A stretch of DNA of 64,000 nt from Emiliania huxleyi CCMP1516 (Eukaryota): NCBI RefSeq assembly GCF_000372725.1, contig NW_005201732.1, positions 62,001-126,000 on the forward strand, given 5' to 3'. The notes under the pieces are model-generated. The model searched no databases and had not been told where the DNA came from. It saw only the letters and a list, made by a program, of their open reading frames with translations. Shown here piece by piece: positions 61,403 to 64,000 of the stretch (position 1 is its first letter; the number at the start of each line of letters is the position of its first letter). A program made the position numbers and the translations under genes.

Positions 61403-61963
61403 CTAGCAGCCCAGCGCGCAACGGAACCAGGGCCTCCTCTCGAGGAGCGCTCGCTCGAATCCCACCAGCCGCCGCGCGGCCGCAACGGCGGCCTCGGGCT
61501 CGAACGAGCCGGCCGCATCGTGCGGACTGGCGCCTCCCGCTGCGCCGTTCTCGAAGCCAGCGAGGTGGGCTCGCACCAGCCGCGCCATCCGCGCCCTGGC
61601 GGCGTCCCGCTCGACCAGGTAGTACGGGCAGTCCGCTCCGGTGCTCCTCGCGTACTCGGCGTACTCTCGCAGCGTGACCGTCACGTCGTGCGCGAGCGAG
61701 AAGGTGAGGTGGCCATACGCGTCGAGGAGCGTCTCGACGCTGTGCCACCGCTCGCTGCCACGCCAGCCAGTGAGCGTGCCAGCGACCAAGAACGGCTCTG
61801 CACACGCGGCCAATGCTGTGGCATCGTCTGCTGCAAACTCCGAGGCCGACACCCGAGATATGCTGGTCGCAGCGCCTGGGTCGGTCAGGAGCGCTTCGAA
61901 CTCCGACTCGCGCGACGCGAGGCCGCGAGCGGTGCTATTGTGCTGGATGGAGCTGCCAAGCAT
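61403..61963 (-). CDS. JmjC/cupin-8 N-terminal-like protein lacking the catalytic core
   Basis: EPFLV.G...W....W, VTLREYAEY, PYYL. No HxD...H motif before the stop. Confidence 0.5.
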   Translation of the reverse strand: MLGSSIQHNSTARGLASRESEFEALLTDPGAATSISRVSASEFAADDATALAACAEPFLVAGTLTGWRGSERWHSVETLLDAYGHLTFSLAHDVTVTLREYAEYARSTGADCPYYLVERDAARARMARLVRAHLAGFENGAAGGASPHDAAGSFEPEAAVAAARRLVGFERALLERRPWFRCALGC

Positions 61964-62002
61964 CTGGAGGCGGCGAGCGTGTGCTAGCGGTGCAGGCCGC
62001 AG

Positions 62003-62092
62003 AGCGCGAACTCGCCGTACTGAGCCTAGCGCAGCGCGAACTCGCCGTCTGAGCCTCGTAGCGGAGCGCGAACTCGCCGTCTGAGCCTCGTA
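62003..62092. repeat. 29-bp tandem repeat x3
   Basis: GCGCGAACTCGCCGTCTGAGCCTCGTA-like units. Confidence 0.85.
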
Positions 62093-62396
62093 CGGAGGAG
62101 CTCGAATTTTTTTTTTTCGGTCCCCACGCCGAAACGGGTGCGGCCCTCTTCCGCTGGAGGGCCGCGGTCTTCTCTCTTTTTGGCTCGCCTTCGTGCATGC
62201 TCGAGCCCGTCGCGGTCTCTCTCCTCTTCCTCTCCGCCAGCGTCGCTGCTGTCGCCGTGGCGGGTGCGGCGCTCGCCGCCGCCACCGCCTGCGTCTGCCA
62301 CGGCTGCCTGCTGGAACCAGACGAGCCGAGGAGGGAGGCTCATCCTTTCTTCTCGCTCCCCTTCTCAGACCGCACGGACCACGGGATCAGCCTCTC

Positions 62397-64000
62397 ATGA
62401 CCGGCGAACACTCTGACCTGCAGCGCGGCCTCCTCGCGCCGCCGTCTTCACTCCGCTTCGGGAGCAAGCGGCTCGCCGGAATCGCCGTCCTCGCAGCATC
62501 CTCCATCGCAGCCATCCTCGTATCGCGCACCTGGGCCATCGTGGCGGTCGCGTTCATCGCAGCGCGCGATCCACAGAGCAGTTCGCAGCTGCAGCAGCCA
62601 CAGAGCAGCTCGCAGATGCAGATGCAGCAGCCTCCGCCTTCGCCACCGCCCTGCGCCCGCCAGATCTGGGTCATCCGGCACGGCGAGAAGTCGCCCCACC
62701 CTGCGCCGGGCTCTCCAGAGGTGCACGGGCTCAACGCGACCGGCTGGAGCCGCGCCTCGCACCTCGCCCGCCTCGTCGAGTCGGGCCACTGGCCGCGCTT
62801 CGTCGCTCTCTTTGCGTCAGACCCGGGCCGGCCGCCTTTTGCCCTGCGAGAGGTGTGCAGGGCAGGCCACTTCCTCCATGTCCGCCCCTCCTCCCTCTGC
62901 AGCGCCGCCGCCCGCGACAGGTGCAGACCGTGCAGCCGCTCGCCGCGCTGCTCGGCCTCCCTGTCAACGACTCGTTTGCCCAGAGCGAGGGCGAGCAGCT
63001 CGCGGCGGCGGCCCTCCTCGCGGCGCGCGACCGCTGCGGCGCCGTCCTACTCAGCTGGGAGCACTGCCGCATCCCCGCGCTGCTGCGGGCGCTGGGCTGC
63101 GGTGCGGAGGTCGAGATGCGGAAGACATTTCCCGCATTCCCCTTCGTATTCCCGCGAGTCGCAGGGATGCTGGGCACCGAGCTCAGCCCCGCGTCTCCCC
63201 ACCCCAGGCGCGGAGCACTGTCTCCGCTGCTGGCCCGACGGCGAGTACGACCGAGTCGAGCGGGTCGAGCTGCTGCTGCGGGAGGAGCCGAGCGGTGCCC
63301 TGGCCCCGCCGCCGCCCCCGCCTGGCCTTCCTCCGCAAAAGACCGTCTCGGAGCCTTCTCGGAGCCTTCTCGGAGCCTTCTCGGAGCCTTCTCGGAGCCT
63401 TCTCGGAGCCTTCTCGGAGCCTTCTCGGAACCTGCTCGGACCCTTCCCGCAGGTGCGCCCGCCTGGCGGGTGCGCGCGATGCCGCCGGCGGCCGAGGGGT
63501 TCGGCGGCGACGTGGAGGGGTACCGCGGGTACGAGTGCGTCGACCCGGCGCACGTGGCAACCACGCGGTGCGTGATGCCGGACGGGACAGAGCTGCGGCC
63601 GCCCCTCCGCGGCGAGGCCCCTCGCGTCTTGGACATGGCTTCGGGGCGGGAGGCGGGGCGGGAGGCGGGGCGGGAGGTGGGCCGGCGGGCCGCCGCAGCA
63701 CGCGACGCGCCGCGGGGCGAGCCGGCCCTCGCTGCGCCCCGTCCGCCCTTCGACTGCCTTACCCGCGAGGCGTGGGGCGGCGCCAAGCGGGCGTGGTGCT
63801 GCGCGCACGAGAGGCTCGGCTGCGCGGGATTGGGGGCGGCCCTGGCCGAAGGCGGCGGCGGGCTGGCCCCGCCGCGGCTCGAGACTGGCGATCTCGTGTT
63901 TGTGCGCCCCGCCGCCGACGCGTCGGAGCTCGACAAAGCCGGCCCCCATGACCACCTTCCATGTGCTCCAGGCCTCCCCCCTCTCCCCCCACTCTTGCCA
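62397..64000 (+). CDS. Membrane-anchored histidine phosphatase (PGM-like) multidomain protein, 3'-truncated
   Basis: TM helix, IWVIRHGEK, REVQTVQPLA, LSWEH, WPDGEYD, followed by a Cys-rich WCC module. Confidence 0.75.

Noticed and set aside
62003..62092. 29-bp repeats as a CRISPR array
   Set aside because: Units abut with no unique spacers, the context is eukaryotic and there are no cas genes.

Overview
GC-rich eukaryotic nuclear DNA with many short introns, frequent GC (some GA) donors and 10-11 bp intronic minisatellites. These traits and a fucoxanthin-chlorophyll type LHC gene point to a haptophyte alga of the Emiliania/Gephyrocapsa huxleyi type (inference). About 22 protein genes or gene fragments are recognisable: two GT31-like glycosyltransferases, an amino-acid transporter, LHC, an alpha/beta hydrolase, two NMNAT/NadD-like enzymes, villin, ARMH3-like, a mitochondrial carrier, alkaline ceramidase, a ubiquitin-like coiled-coil protein, an ankyrin protein, oligopeptidase B, BCAT, a GNAT-IMPase fusion, GST, a JmjC-type fragment and a histidine phosphatase. 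Between genes lie several MITEs with exact target-site duplications (8 bp, 3 bp, TTAA), a truncated RLE-type non-LTR retrotransposon and a decayed DUF4326-like element between long inverted repeats. The most notable observations are: (1) introns whose 5' ends are degenerate copies of the start of the next exon; (2) an SGS3-like XS-domain ORF; (3) an apparent spliced GNAT-inositol monophosphatase fusion; (4) a ~27-bp orientation-specific motif plus an AAAATTCTTT element upstream of unrelated genes. All calls come from reading motifs by eye, exon boundaries are approximate, and no database search was run.
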